NCBI GenBank assembly: GCA_963719505.1 | Contig: CAVRCF010000004.1 | Coordinates: 160,001-224,000 of the forward strand | DNA from: Halobacteriovoraceae bacterium | Lineage (GTDB): Bacteria; Bdellovibrionota; Bacteriovoracia; Bacteriovoracales; Bacteriovoracaceae | Direction: 5' to 3' | Length of the DNA stretch: 64,000 nucleotides | Shown: positions 10,552 through 19,620 of the stretch, piece after piece | How the letters are laid out: the number at the start of each line of letters is the position of its first letter | Position numbering within the stretch: position 1 is the first letter of the stretch | Program-made: the position numbers and the translations under genes | Notes under the pieces: model-generated | What the model saw: only the letters and a program-made list of their open reading frames with translations | The model's database searches: none | Told to the model about the DNA's origin: nothing

Positions 10552-11153
10552 TGAATAATCTAATCCTTATCCTCCTTATTGTTTTTATTGTCTTATTATT
10601 TATTTTTATCGGTCTTCTTGCATTTTTTGGAAATAAGTTTTTAAAGATAAAAGAGGCTGCTCTTAAAAATACCAATTCCTCTGAAAAGAGAGCGACAAAC
10701 CCCTCGGTTGAAAGGCTCAAAGAAAAACCTTCCAAGGAACTCATCAAGGCGTTAAGATCAGCAAATGATTTCGATGCTCCGATCAAGAAAGTAAGCTCTG
10801 TCTATTGCATTGATCATCCTGATAACTTCTCCAATGGAAAATGTTCAATCTCACTGGAGCCTCTTTGTGAGCAATGTCTTTCAAAACAGGGGGACATGGT
10901 GATCGGTCGAAAATATTTAGATATTTTTCTTGAGAACGAGTGGACTGAGATTCAGATGGTAAAAGATGAAAAAGAAATTAAAAAAAGATATTTCGAGATC
11001 AAACAAGACCTTTGGGAAAATGAGTCACTTCCAACGATTATCCAAGGTCACTTTAAAATTAACGTTGAAACGGATGAAATAGAGCCTTATATTGTGCTGT
11101 TCGCACCCGAAGAAAAAGCGGAACTTGTCCGTGAGAAGTTTATATTTAGTTAG
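10551..11153 (+). CDS. Membrane-anchored protein with B-box-like Cys/His cluster
   Basis: N-terminal TM helix; CIDHP...C.....PLCEQC. Confidence 0.65.
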   Translation: MNNLILILLIVFIVLLFIFIGLLAFFGNKFLKIKEAALKNTNSSEKRATNPSVERLKEKPSKELIKALRSANDFDAPIKKVSSVYCIDHPDNFSNGKCSISLEPLCEQCLSKQGDMVIGRKYLDIFLENEWTEIQMVKDEKEIKKRYFEIKQDLWENESLPTIIQGHFKINVETDEIEPYIVLFAPEEKAELVREKFIFS

Positions 11154-11162
11154 GAGAAAACC

Positions 11163-12629
11163 GTGTCACTAGTCGTTTATAATACTCTTTCAAATACTAA
11201 GGAAGTTTTCAAATCATTGGAACCCAATAAGGTAAAATTGTATCTTTGTGGCCCAACGGTTTATGACCTTCTTCATATAGGAAATTTTAGAGGACCAATT
11301 ACCTTTAACCTCATGAGAAATTGGTTAGAGAAGTGTGGTTATGACGTCAATTTTGTTTATAATTATACTGATATTGATGACAAAATTATAAATAAAGCGA
11401 TTGTGGAAGGTGTTGAATCGAGCGTTATCAGCGAACGTTTTATAAAAGAGTTTGAAAAAGATTTTACAAGACTAGGACTTAAGCCTCATACGCATAATCC
11501 AAGAGTTTCTGAACACATGGACAGCATCATTACGATGGTCGAGACCTTAATTGAAAAAAAGAAAGCTTATGTTGTCGATGGTGAAGTTTTCTATGAGATT
11601 GATACGTTTAAAAATTACGGAAAACTTTCAAAAAATAATTTAGATGACCTTCAAGCCGGCCAAAGAGTAGAAGTGGACTCTAGAAAAAGAAGCCCTTTTG
11701 ACTTTGTTTTGTGGAAACCTTCCAAAGAAGGCGAGCCAAAGTGGAGTTCTCCTTGGGGAGAGGGAAGACCAGGTTGGCATATAGAGTGTTCGGCCATGAT
11801 AAAGTCAATTCTAGGAGAGACGATCGACATCCATGGTGGTGGAATTGATCTGATATTTCCTCATCATGAGTGCGAAATTGCCCAGGGTGAAGGGTGCTCT
11901 GATAAGACATATTGCAATTACTGGATTCATAATAATTTTATTAATATGAATAATGAAAAAATGAGCAAGTCGCTTGGAAATATTATCTCGTGCCGAGCTT
12001 TTATGGATCAATATCATCCTGAAATTTTAAAATACATGTTCTTAAGTGCTCACTACCGTTCTGTGATGACAATAAGTGACGATAAAATCTTTCAAACAGT
12101 TTCTGCACTCAATAGAATCTATACATCGTTACTCTTGGCAAAAGAAACAATTAGTGACTCTTCTTTGGAGGTACAAAAGGACGATGCTTTTGACAAAAAG
12201 CTTTTAGAATTCGATAAAAAAATAAAGAAGTCTCTTAATGATGACTTTAATACAGCTGAGTTTATCTCCATTGTTTTTGAAGCCGTAAGGACTTTTAACT
12301 CTTTGGGATTTGCAAATAAAAAGAAACGATCTCCTGTTCACAGAGGAGCAAGTCAATCTTTCTTATCTTGGATGAATAACTATGGACAAATGAGTGCCTT
12401 GTTCAATGAAGAACCAAAAGAGCTTCTAGAGCAACTTGATGAGATGGTTATTAGATTAAAAGATATTAGCAAAGAACAGGTAGAGAAACTTATTCAGCTT
12501 AGAAATAAAGCCAGAGAAGATAAAGATTGGGATTCAGCAGACAAGTATAGAGTAGAACTTGAGGGCATGGGAATTGAGCTCTTTGATGGTTCACAAAGAG
12601 GTTGGAGAGTTAAAAGTAGTGAGAACTAA
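11163..12629 (+). CDS. cysS: Cysteine--tRNA ligase
   Basis: CGPTVY, HIGN, PGWHIECS, KMSKS. Confidence 0.98.
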   Translation: MSLVVYNTLSNTKEVFKSLEPNKVKLYLCGPTVYDLLHIGNFRGPITFNLMRNWLEKCGYDVNFVYNYTDIDDKIINKAIVEGVESSVISERFIKEFEKDFTRLGLKPHTHNPRVSEHMDSIITMVETLIEKKKAYVVDGEVFYEIDTFKNYGKLSKNNLDDLQAGQRVEVDSRKRSPFDFVLWKPSKEGEPKWSSPWGEGRPGWHIECSAMIKSILGETIDIHGGGIDLIFPHHECEIAQGEGCSDKTYCNYWIHNNFINMNNEKMSKSLGNIISCRAFMDQYHPEILKYMFLSAHYRSVMTISDDKIFQTVSALNRIYTSLLLAKETISDSSLEVQKDDAFDKKLLEFDKKIKKSLNDDFNTAEFISIVFEAVRTFNSLGFANKKKRSPVHRGASQSFLSWMNNYGQMSALFNEEPKELLEQLDEMVIRLKDISKEQVEKLIQLRNKAREDKDWDSADKYRVELEGMGIELFDGSQRGWRVKSSEN

Positions 12630-13092
12630 AATCCTATTTGTATGCTTGGGAAATATTTGTCGCTCTCCAGCGGCTGAAGCAGTATTTAAAGACTTAGCAC
12701 AAAGACAAGGTTTCGCAGATAGCTTTGAGGTCGATTCAGCCGGAACAAGTGGTCACCACTGTGGACAGAGAGCCGACAGTCGAATGGTTCAGACGGCAGC
12801 CAATAGAAATTTGTTTATCACAAGTGTATCGAGAAAGTTTGAACCAAAAGACTTTAGAAAATTTGATCATATTGTGGTTATGGACGAATCTAATTATCAA
12901 AATCTAGTCCATTTAGACCTAAATCAAGAGTATATCCAAAAAATCACAAAACTGACTGATTATTGTTCCTATAAATTTGCAGGTATATCTGAGGTTCCCG
13001 ATCCTTACTATGGCGGACCAGCAGGGTTTAATAATGTTTTAGATATCGTGGAAGATGCATGTCAGAACCTAATAAAAGAGATTCATTCCTAA
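12619..13092 (+). CDS. Low-molecular-weight protein tyrosine phosphatase
   Basis: CLGNICRS P-loop, DPYY; probable GTG start at 12619. Confidence 0.93.
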   Translation: MRTKILFVCLGNICRSPAAEAVFKDLAQRQGFADSFEVDSAGTSGHHCGQRADSRMVQTAANRNLFITSVSRKFEPKDFRKFDHIVVMDESNYQNLVHLDLNQEYIQKITKLTDYCSYKFAGISEVPDPYYGGPAGFNNVLDIVEDACQNLIKEIHS

Positions 13093-13757
13093 AAGGCTTC
13101 TCGAGCATGGGACCTGTTATTCCAGGGATCATACCCTTTGGCATGATAATGGGGACAGTGGCCGCTGATGCGGGCTTGAGTATGCCTCAGACCATGGGGA
13201 TGAACGTCATCGTCTTTGCTGGTGCTTCACAGCTTGCAGCAGTTGACCTTCTTACAAAAGACGCACCTTCAGTTATTATTATTTTAACGGGATTGATAAT
13301 AAATTTAAGATTTCTTTTATATAGTGCTGCAAGTTCTTCATATTTAAAAAAGAGCCATATCTTTATAAAAATCTTCACGGCCCACACTTTGACGGATCAG
13401 TCCTATGCCGTTACTTCGGCCCACGATGAGCAATTGAAAACAACGAGTGAAAAAATATACTTTACCCTCGGAGCATCACTATGCATGTCGATCTTTTGGA
13501 ATTTTTTCGTCTTGAGTGGTTTTTATTTTGGCAATATTATTCCACAATCACTTTCTCTCGATTTTGCAGTTCCTCTCAGCTTCATGGCCTTGACTATTCC
13601 AAGTCTTGTAACAAAGACGCATTTAATTGTGGGCTTAGTCTCGATATTCATGTCGATTGCTTTGAAGGGGCTGCCTTTTAACTTGGGCTTGATTGTAACG
13701 GCTGGTTTTTGTCTTTTTCTTGCCGATACAATGACGAAGGATAAGAATCATGAGTAA
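13059..13757 (+). CDS. azlC: AzlC-family branched-chain amino acid exporter permease
   Basis: FAGASQ, NLRFLLYS, LTDQSYA, LDFAVP. Confidence 0.88.
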   Translation: MSEPNKRDSFLKGFSSMGPVIPGIIPFGMIMGTVAADAGLSMPQTMGMNVIVFAGASQLAAVDLLTKDAPSVIIILTGLIINLRFLLYSAASSSYLKKSHIFIKIFTAHTLTDQSYAVTSAHDEQLKTTSEKIYFTLGASLCMSIFWNFFVLSGFYFGNIIPQSLSLDFAVPLSFMALTIPSLVTKTHLIVGLVSIFMSIALKGLPFNLGLIVTAGFCLFLADTMTKDKNHE

Positions 13758-13843
13758 CTCTTATTTTTGGGCAAGTATAATCCCTCTGGGGATCGGTACT
13801 CTTTTGATTCGAATGTCTTTTATTTTTCTATCAAAATATTTGT

Positions 13844-13858
13844 CTCTTTCAAAAAGAG
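13844..13858. repeat. Target site duplication, left copy (right copy 15184-15198)
   Basis: Identical CTCTTTCAAAAAGAG flanking both IS ends. Confidence 0.95.
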
Positions 13859-15183
13859 TGTTGTTTCTGGGCAATTATGTCCGGTTAATTTCTGAGCGAT
13901 TATGTCCTATCAGACTTTAAGCGCTTTTTCTGTGTTTCGACTTATCACCATAGTCACTTAATCTTTTCCTATTACTAACTTTACATTGAACTTTTCTGCC
14001 CATCACATCGAAGCTGTAGCTTCCATCAAGGTGAATATTTATATTGATTTCTCGTCCATAGAAACACCTTTTTTCATCCAACACCCAAGTCACATTCTCC
14101 CAACTAAATACATTTCCAACCATAATTTTTCGCCTAATCTTTTTACAAAATATAATATCTAGGTCTCCAAAAACATTTTTTCTCCAGGCTTTTTCTTCTT
14201 CTTCTTCGGCTTTGACTGAGAATTGAAAATTGTATGCAGGAATAAAAATCTCTTTTAAGTAATAATTGGCTTCTTCAATATTTGTTATGTGATTAAATTC
14301 TAACTCCGCTACCAGTCTGTCTTGGAATGTTCTCCAGAGTCTCTCTATTCTTCCCTTTGCTTGAGAAGAACCTGCTAAGATTAATTGAATTCCTGTTTGA
14401 TCAAATGCTCTCGAAATTTGTGATTCCCACTCGCGCTCTTTCTTACCATAAATACCTGCTTGGTCCATATAGAAACTTTCTGGCAATCCATAGTTATCAA
14501 CGATCTCCCTAATCACCTTCAGAGAGTTATTTGACGTCTCTCCATAGAAAAATTCAGCACCAACAACAATCCCGGTAGCATCATCAATTCCTCCAATCAA
14601 ATCAGTTCTTTCATCACCGAACCAAGTATGATCACTTCCATCAAACTGAATCATCATCCCTTCTTTTGGAAGTCTTGCTCTTGGTTTATGGCACCGTCTT
14701 CCTCTTCGTTTAGGATGTTTTACAAGGCAATGTTTCCTAGCAATTGAGTGAAGTGCATCTTTTTTGATTTTAATTTCCTCATACTCTTCTATCTTTTCTC
14801 GAAAATGAGTTAGATTAAAGTTTCGATATTGATTTTTTAGAAGAGAGACTATTTTTTCTTCAACTTCGAATGGAGTTTTATTGTGAGGAGTTCGATTAAT
14901 GTTTCCATGTAAGACACCAATCGAACCCTTGGCCTTAACTTTATTGATAATTCTCTGAGATTGTCGATACGATTTTCCAATCTGTTCAGAGAAGGAAATT
15001 ATAGTTAACTTACCTTCAATAACATCCATGGCCAGGCGATACTGCTTCAATTCTTTTTGTGACATAGTGACTTTTCCCATTCAATTCCCCTAATAACTGA
15101 TTGGAATCAGGGTACATAAATATTATTGAATAGGACATAATCGCTGAGAAATAAGGATAGGACATAATCGTCTAGTTTCTATA
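13859..15183 (-). mobile_element. IS1202-family (ISNCY-type, ISTde1-like) insertion sequence, 1325 bp
   Basis: Imperfect terminal inverted repeats (TGTTG.. / TATAG..), each with two ATTATGTCC sub-repeats; 15-bp direct repeat CTCTTTCAAAAAGAG at 13844-13858 and 15184-15198; single DDE transposase. Confidence 0.9.
13917..15080 (-). CDS. DDE transposase (rve-like core, IS1202 family)
   Basis: N-terminal HTH-like region; QFDGS, IDDATG, YMDQ, AKGRIER.WRTFQDRL. Confidence 0.93.
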   Translation of the reverse strand: MGKVTMSQKELKQYRLAMDVIEGKLTIISFSEQIGKSYRQSQRIINKVKAKGSIGVLHGNINRTPHNKTPFEVEEKIVSLLKNQYRNFNLTHFREKIEEYEEIKIKKDALHSIARKHCLVKHPKRRGRRCHKPRARLPKEGMMIQFDGSDHTWFGDERTDLIGGIDDATGIVVGAEFFYGETSNNSLKVIREIVDNYGLPESFYMDQAGIYGKKEREWESQISRAFDQTGIQLILAGSSQAKGRIERLWRTFQDRLVAELEFNHITNIEEANYYLKEIFIPAYNFQFSVKAEEEEEKAWRKNVFGDLDIIFCKKIRRKIMVGNVFSWENVTWVLDEKRCFYGREININIHLDGSYSFDVMGRKVQCKVSNRKRLSDYGDKSKHRKSA

Positions 15184-15404
15184 CTCTTTCAAAAAGAGCA
15201 CAAAGACTGTTTACATTTGTACCTGCCGCAGTTTTTCCAGCTTTATTTGCTCCTATGGTTTTTTTCCACCAAGGGCACAATGACATTCTCTTTCATAAAG
15301 AAAGGGTTCTGTGTTTTGGAATCGCTATGATTGTTGGATTTAAAACGAAAAATATTTTACTGACTATATTGAGTGGACTCTCTATTCTCTATTTTTTATA
15401 AAAT

Positions 15405-15429
15405 AAGGGAGAACATCCATGTCTCCCTT
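15405..15429. terminator. Hairpin between convergent azlD and dksA
   Basis: AAGGGAGA...TCTCCCTT inverted repeat. Confidence 0.5.
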
Positions 15430-15479
15430 CGACTTGTTTAATGCATGTGAGGACAACTGAGACTATTCTCAGCTGTTCC

Positions 15480-15908
15480 TTATTTACTTAGACTTATACT
15501 TTTTCCCAAAGACTTAGACTGACGTCCATGAAAGCTTTGTAATTCATCTCTCTCTGACTCTTCTTTGCAGGTGATACACATCGTACTGGTTGGTCTCGCT
15601 TGAAGCCTCTGAAAAGAAATAGATGAGCCACAGTCATCACAAAGACCATACTCATCAGACTCCATTAATTTTTGTGTTTTTCTTAATTTTTTTAGGTAAA
15701 GGGATTCTCTAGTAGCGAATCTTAGCTCAGCGTGCTTAATAATTTCGTCGTTGGCAGAATCCACGTCGTCACCTGAGTTCTGGTTGGCGACTAAAAGTTG
15801 TTCTGACAAAAGCTTGTTTTCAATTCTTTCAACTTCACCCATGACTTTATCTTTTAAAGTGTTGAGCTCTTTAGTTGTAAGATGACCATTCAATCTTGAA
15901 TTACCCAT
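15480..15908 (-). CDS. dksA: DksA/TraR C4 zinc-finger RNA polymerase-binding protein
   Basis: Coiled-coil with DxxDxA tip; YGLCDDC..I...RLQARP...CITC; AAGGAG RBS. Confidence 0.85.
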   Translation of the reverse strand: MGNSRLNGHLTTKELNTLKDKVMGEVERIENKLLSEQLLVANQNSGDDVDSANDEIIKHAELRFATRESLYLKKLRKTQKLMESDEYGLCDDCGSSISFQRLQARPTSTMCITCKEESERDELQSFHGRQSKSLGKSISLSK

Positions 15909-16074
15909 CGTTGTTTCTCCTTAAAAATTTTCTCTCTCGTTGTGTGTAAAAGATTTAATCAAGGAGTGTTTTGTCTGCCAATAGAGTGTAAGTTTTTATT
16001 AGTTCTTACTGCAATTTTCATGATTTTTAGCGAAATTTGCTTCACATTTGTTAATACTTTTCCACTTTCTGGAT

Positions 16075-16083
16075 TGTGGATAA
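16075..16083 (-). promoter_or_regulatory. Perfect DnaA box upstream of dksA
   Basis: TGTGGATAA equals TTATCCACA on the minus strand. Confidence 0.45.
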
Positions 16084-16394
16084 CTTTTTTAATATCGCTA
16101 AATAGTGTTTTAATAGCTGATTTATAGAATTATTTGACATTGAGTATATGTTAATAACTCGCTTCAACTCTCATGTTGTTTCTCATTTGAGGGAAGTTTT
16201 CTTACTTTTAAAAATTTAATGTGAGAAAAATAAGAATTCCTTTTGTTCAAAATCCTTTCGAACAAAAGAAATTATCGTGTGTGATAAATTCTTTGATATT
16301 TTAATTTTAAGTTAGAAATGAAAAATTGCAAAACATTTATTTCTGTTTTTCGGTTCTGCTATATATTCTAATCGGTTAGGTTCTGTAGTGTATT

Positions 16395-16544
16395 TTAACA
16401 GTCGGACTTGTCGATTATATCTTTTATTACGGCCTCAACATCAATTTCAATTTTATTTTTTTCAATTGTGTTTTCAATCTGGGATATAAGCCTTTCAATT
16501 TCAGAGATTTCATTAAGAATTTTTAAAGAATTTTGTATTATCAT
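16395..16544 (-). CDS. Small helical hypothetical protein (49 aa), below the ORF-track cutoff
   Basis: GGAGG RBS then ATG; MIIQNSLKILNEISEIERLISQIENTIEKNKIEIDVEAVIKDIIDKSDC*. Confidence 0.55.
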   Translation of the reverse strand: MIIQNSLKILNEISEIERLISQIENTIEKNKIEIDVEAVIKDIIDKSDC

Positions 16545-16588
16545 GGGGTGCCTCCAGTTAATTTACATTGTAATACATAAGTTTGGTA

Positions 16589-16686
16589 TTGCAAACAAAA
16601 GTTTTGTGTGGTAAATTTTTCTTACACATTCCCATTTGTAGTAACAAATTGTCTCGGGGTCTTATAGGCAGACCTCGGGACTTTTT
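16589..16686 (+). ncRNA. Candidate ~60-nt sRNA or attenuated leader, including its promoter
   Basis: TTGCAA-N17-TAAATT with extended TG (16589-16617); 12-bp stem with two G-U pairs (16651-16681) followed by TTTTT. Confidence 0.4.
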
Positions 16687-16818
16687 AAACCTTGGGGCCT
16701 TTAGCCTTCAACCTTAAAAGTTCCTCTACCTTTTTCATTCTCCCTTGGGACAACTATCTAGAGTTAAGAAACTAGGTTAAAGTTTTAGTTACTTAATTGC
16801 TTGTTATTGGGGATTTTC

Positions 16819-17625
16819 ATGAGTGTTGAATTAGTCGTCGTATATATTTTATTAGGTTGTGGTGTAGGCTTTCTCTCCGGTTTGTTTGGAATTGGTGGAG
16901 GGCTTGTTATCATTCCTATCCTCTCTTATGCTTTTGAGTTCATGGGGTTTCAAGAAGAGATTATTATGCATATGGCGATTGGAACATCTCTTTCTATTAT
17001 TCTTATTACTGTAAGTACCTCTAGTTATCATCACTATCAAAGAGGAGGTATAGACTTTAGTATCTATAATAAGCTTTTTGTTTTCATTGCAATTGGGTCT
17101 CTAAGTGGGGGATTCATTAGCCAGTACCTGTCGAAACTTGTGTTGGAGTTGGCCTTCACAGCTTACGTTTTATTAATAACAGTCAAATTATTTTTAGAAG
17201 GATCTGGTCCGTCCGTAGAGAAAAAAACACCCCTTTGGTTGTACGGCTTTGTTGGATACATTATTGGCCTAAAGTCTGCTATTTTGGGAATTGGTGGAGG
17301 AACTATTAGTATTCCCTTTTTATCATGGAGAGGCGTTCAGATGAAAAAAGCTGTCGGTATTTCTGCCGCTTTAGGTATACCCATTGCCTTATTTGGTGCT
17401 TCGGCTTACGTGTACACAGGTTTAAATTTAAAAAGTCAGGTTTTACCTGCGTACAGTTTGGGTTATGTTTATCTTCCAGCATTTATAAGTGTTTCTCTTT
17501 TTAGTAGTTTTGTCTCTCGCTTTGGGGTTAAGCTTTCACATCGATTGACTCAGAGAAAGCTTAAAGTTATTTTTGCTACATTCTTATCTATTGTGCTTAT
17601 AAAATCTCTTTCAAACTATTTTTGA
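16819..17625 (+). CDS. Sulfite exporter TauE/SafE family protein
   Basis: GLFGIGGG...P, AIGTSL, second GIGGG repeat, LGYVYLPA. Confidence 0.92.
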   Translation: MSVELVVVYILLGCGVGFLSGLFGIGGGLVIIPILSYAFEFMGFQEEIIMHMAIGTSLSIILITVSTSSYHHYQRGGIDFSIYNKLFVFIAIGSLSGGFISQYLSKLVLELAFTAYVLLITVKLFLEGSGPSVEKKTPLWLYGFVGYIIGLKSAILGIGGGTISIPFLSWRGVQMKKAVGISAALGIPIALFGASAYVYTGLNLKSQVLPAYSLGYVYLPAFISVSLFSSFVSRFGVKLSHRLTQRKLKVIFATFLSIVLIKSLSNYF

Positions 17626-17694
17626 TCCCAGAGGTATTAATTTGTTTTCACCTTCTCTCTTTGTTCTTCTTTAAAGATGTGTTATTTTTAATTC

Positions 17695-17928
17695 ATGACG
17701 GACTTCAAAAAGCACAGAGAATTTATACATGATATTTCAAATCAGTTGGCCATAACTGATGGCTGCATTAAGCGGGTCCAAATTTTAAAAAAGAAGGATC
17801 AAACAGCTGAGGTTAAAGCTGAAATTGATAAAAACTTAGAATTATCTTCAACTTATTCACGCACATGTATTACCTTACTAAAAGAGTATAGGATTTTCAT
17901 TCACCGATTAGAGTCTGAACAGTCATAA
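17695..17928 (+). CDS. Small stand-alone HisKA/DHp-like helical protein
   Basis: FIHDISNQLAI resembles the H-box HDLxNPL; two amphipathic helices. Confidence 0.55.
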   Translation: MTDFKKHREFIHDISNQLAITDGCIKRVQILKKKDQTAEVKAEIDKNLELSSTYSRTCITLLKEYRIFIHRLESEQS

Positions 17929-17989
17929 TATCATTCACTTTTCAATTTGTTTCGCTACAATAGAAGCATAGAGAATCGGGGAGAAATAA

Positions 17990-18493
17990 ATGAAGATTAG
18001 TATTCTATTTTTGGTCTTAAGTTTTAATGCTGCGGCAAGCTTTTTAATAGATCCATATATCGGAACTGGACTTGTAAAGACGAGTTATGAAAGTGGATTT
18101 AGCGATGACGACGATACCTTAACTAGTGCAGGAGCGAGAGTTGGCTATCAGTTTCTATTGGTATCAGCAGGAATCGATTATTCAAAAGGTAAAGCCGGCG
18201 ACTATGAATTTACCAATACCTCTTTATTTGCTGGAGTTGATCTGCCTATTTTGCTAAGGGCTTGGGTGGAATATTTTGTTTCCTCTGACCTCTCATCTAA
18301 TAGTAGTAAATTTAACTCCGTCGATTTTGAATTCAAAAAAGGAAACAGTATAGGCTTTGGTTTTACTGGCCTTCCGTTTGTGTCTCTTAATTTAGAAGTT
18401 CAAAATATAGACTACGAAGCAGACGCAACTACTGATATTGATTTTGATAGCGCGGCTTATATCTTTTCCGTATCTCTGCCTCTTAATTTATAA
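17990..18493 (+). CDS. Small outer-membrane beta-barrel protein
   Basis: Signal peptide, alternating beta strands; paralog of 19060..19581. Confidence 0.75.
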   Translation: MKISILFLVLSFNAAASFLIDPYIGTGLVKTSYESGFSDDDDTLTSAGARVGYQFLLVSAGIDYSKGKAGDYEFTNTSLFAGVDLPILLRAWVEYFVSSDLSSNSSKFNSVDFEFKKGNSIGFGFTGLPFVSLNLEVQNIDYEADATTDIDFDSAAYIFSVSLPLNL

Positions 18494-19038
18494 TGAAATT
18501 CGTCCTCTTATATTTTTTGACTTTGAGTGCCTGGGGCCATTCGGTAATAATTAATCCCCATTTTGGGCACACAGTTTCTGGAGACCTCTCTTCAAATGCT
18601 CTTGATTCAGACACAACAGTACAAGGATTGAGTGGGGGATTAAGACTTCTCTACAGGCATGACATTATTTACTACGGATTGGATTTAGAGAGAACAAGTT
18701 TTAAAATATCTGAGAGTGATCAAACAAATGGTTTTTCTAGTTCTACAGTCTCTATGATGGGAGGGCTTAGGTTCTCTGCCAATGAGTACTTTGGAAAATT
18801 TAAATTCCTTGGAGAAGCCACTCTTGATAACCTAGGATCTTTTGAAACGCCTGTCGGATTTGAAATAGGTTATTTAAGACGATTTATTGTTGATGGGGTG
18901 ACAAAAATAGCTCTCTTTATTAGCTATTCAACAACCCAGTGGGATGATTTTTCAAATAATACCTCTGGCACAAGTTTTGACCTCGAAGTTAGCCGTTTAT
19001 TAGTTGGAGTAAGCATACCGTTTGAAATTAGTTTATAA
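18493..19038 (+). CDS. Small outer-membrane beta-barrel protein
   Basis: Signal peptide, beta-strand pattern, C-terminal VSIPFEISL like its neighbours. Confidence 0.65.
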   Translation: MKFVLLYFLTLSAWGHSVIINPHFGHTVSGDLSSNALDSDTTVQGLSGGLRLLYRHDIIYYGLDLERTSFKISESDQTNGFSSSTVSMMGGLRFSANEYFGKFKFLGEATLDNLGSFETPVGFEIGYLRRFIVDGVTKIALFISYSTTQWDDFSNNTSGTSFDLEVSRLLVGVSIPFEISL

Positions 19039-19059
19039 GTAAAATCTCAAGGAGGGATT

Positions 19060-19581
19060 ATGAAAAAAAGTTTATTATTAGTTATTGTTGGTGCATTTAT
19101 GGCCATGCCTGCAAATGCCGCACTTTTAATTGAGCCGTATATCGGTATGCATTTTAATTCTGAAGCAGAAGATGCAGATGCTGATATCACTGGAACAGGA
19201 ATTGGAGCGAGACTAGGTTATCAAAACCTTGGACTTATGCTAGGTCTAAACTATAAAAGTGCAAGCCTAGAATTTGAACCAGATTCAGGATCAAATTATG
19301 ACGTTGATCAAACAAGCTACGGTCTTTTTGTTGGTTACGAATTTCCAATTCTAGTAAGAGCTTGGGCTGAATACATTATTGGTGGAAACGCAGAATTTGA
19401 TGGAGGCTCAGAATTTGATACTATTTCAGGAACTCAATTAGGTGTTGGATATACAGGTCTTCCATTTGTTAGTTTAAATCTTGAAATCGGAAACTTAACT
19501 TATGAAGAAGGTCCTTCAGGAACTGATGACCAAGATATTTCAACTTATATGTTTAGTATTTCACTACCACTTACGCTTTAA
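19060..19581 (+). CDS. Small outer-membrane beta-barrel protein
   Basis: Shares GARxGYQ, PILxRAW, TGLPFVSLNLE and SxSLPL with 17990..18493; GGAGG RBS. Confidence 0.78.
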   Translation: MKKSLLLVIVGAFMAMPANAALLIEPYIGMHFNSEAEDADADITGTGIGARLGYQNLGLMLGLNYKSASLEFEPDSGSNYDVDQTSYGLFVGYEFPILVRAWAEYIIGGNAEFDGGSEFDTISGTQLGVGYTGLPFVSLNLEIGNLTYEEGPSGTDDQDISTYMFSISLPLTL

Positions 19582-19590
19582 GAAAATAGT

Positions 19591-19615
19591 GTGGACCCAA
19601 TAGTCTTGGGTCCAC
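19591..19615. terminator. Hairpin between convergent genes
   Basis: GTGGACCCAA-N5-TTGGGTCCAC. Confidence 0.75.
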
Positions 19616-19620
19616 TTCAC

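Larger units (their letters stand above)
13750..15401 (+). pseudogene. azlD: AzlD-family exporter small subunit interrupted by an IS
   Basis: Removing the IS plus one target copy restores MSNSYFW...GTLLIRMSF...LSKRAQRLFTFVPAAVFPAL...TKNILLTILSG...YFL*, directly after azlC. Confidence 0.88.

Noticed and set aside
15942..16614. Plus-strand ORFs of 61 aa and 68 aa
   Set aside because: No RBS or recognisable motifs; the second is antisense to the better-supported 49-aa ORF.
15909..16800. Replication origin
   Set aside because: Only one perfect DnaA box and no dnaA, dnaN or gidA context.
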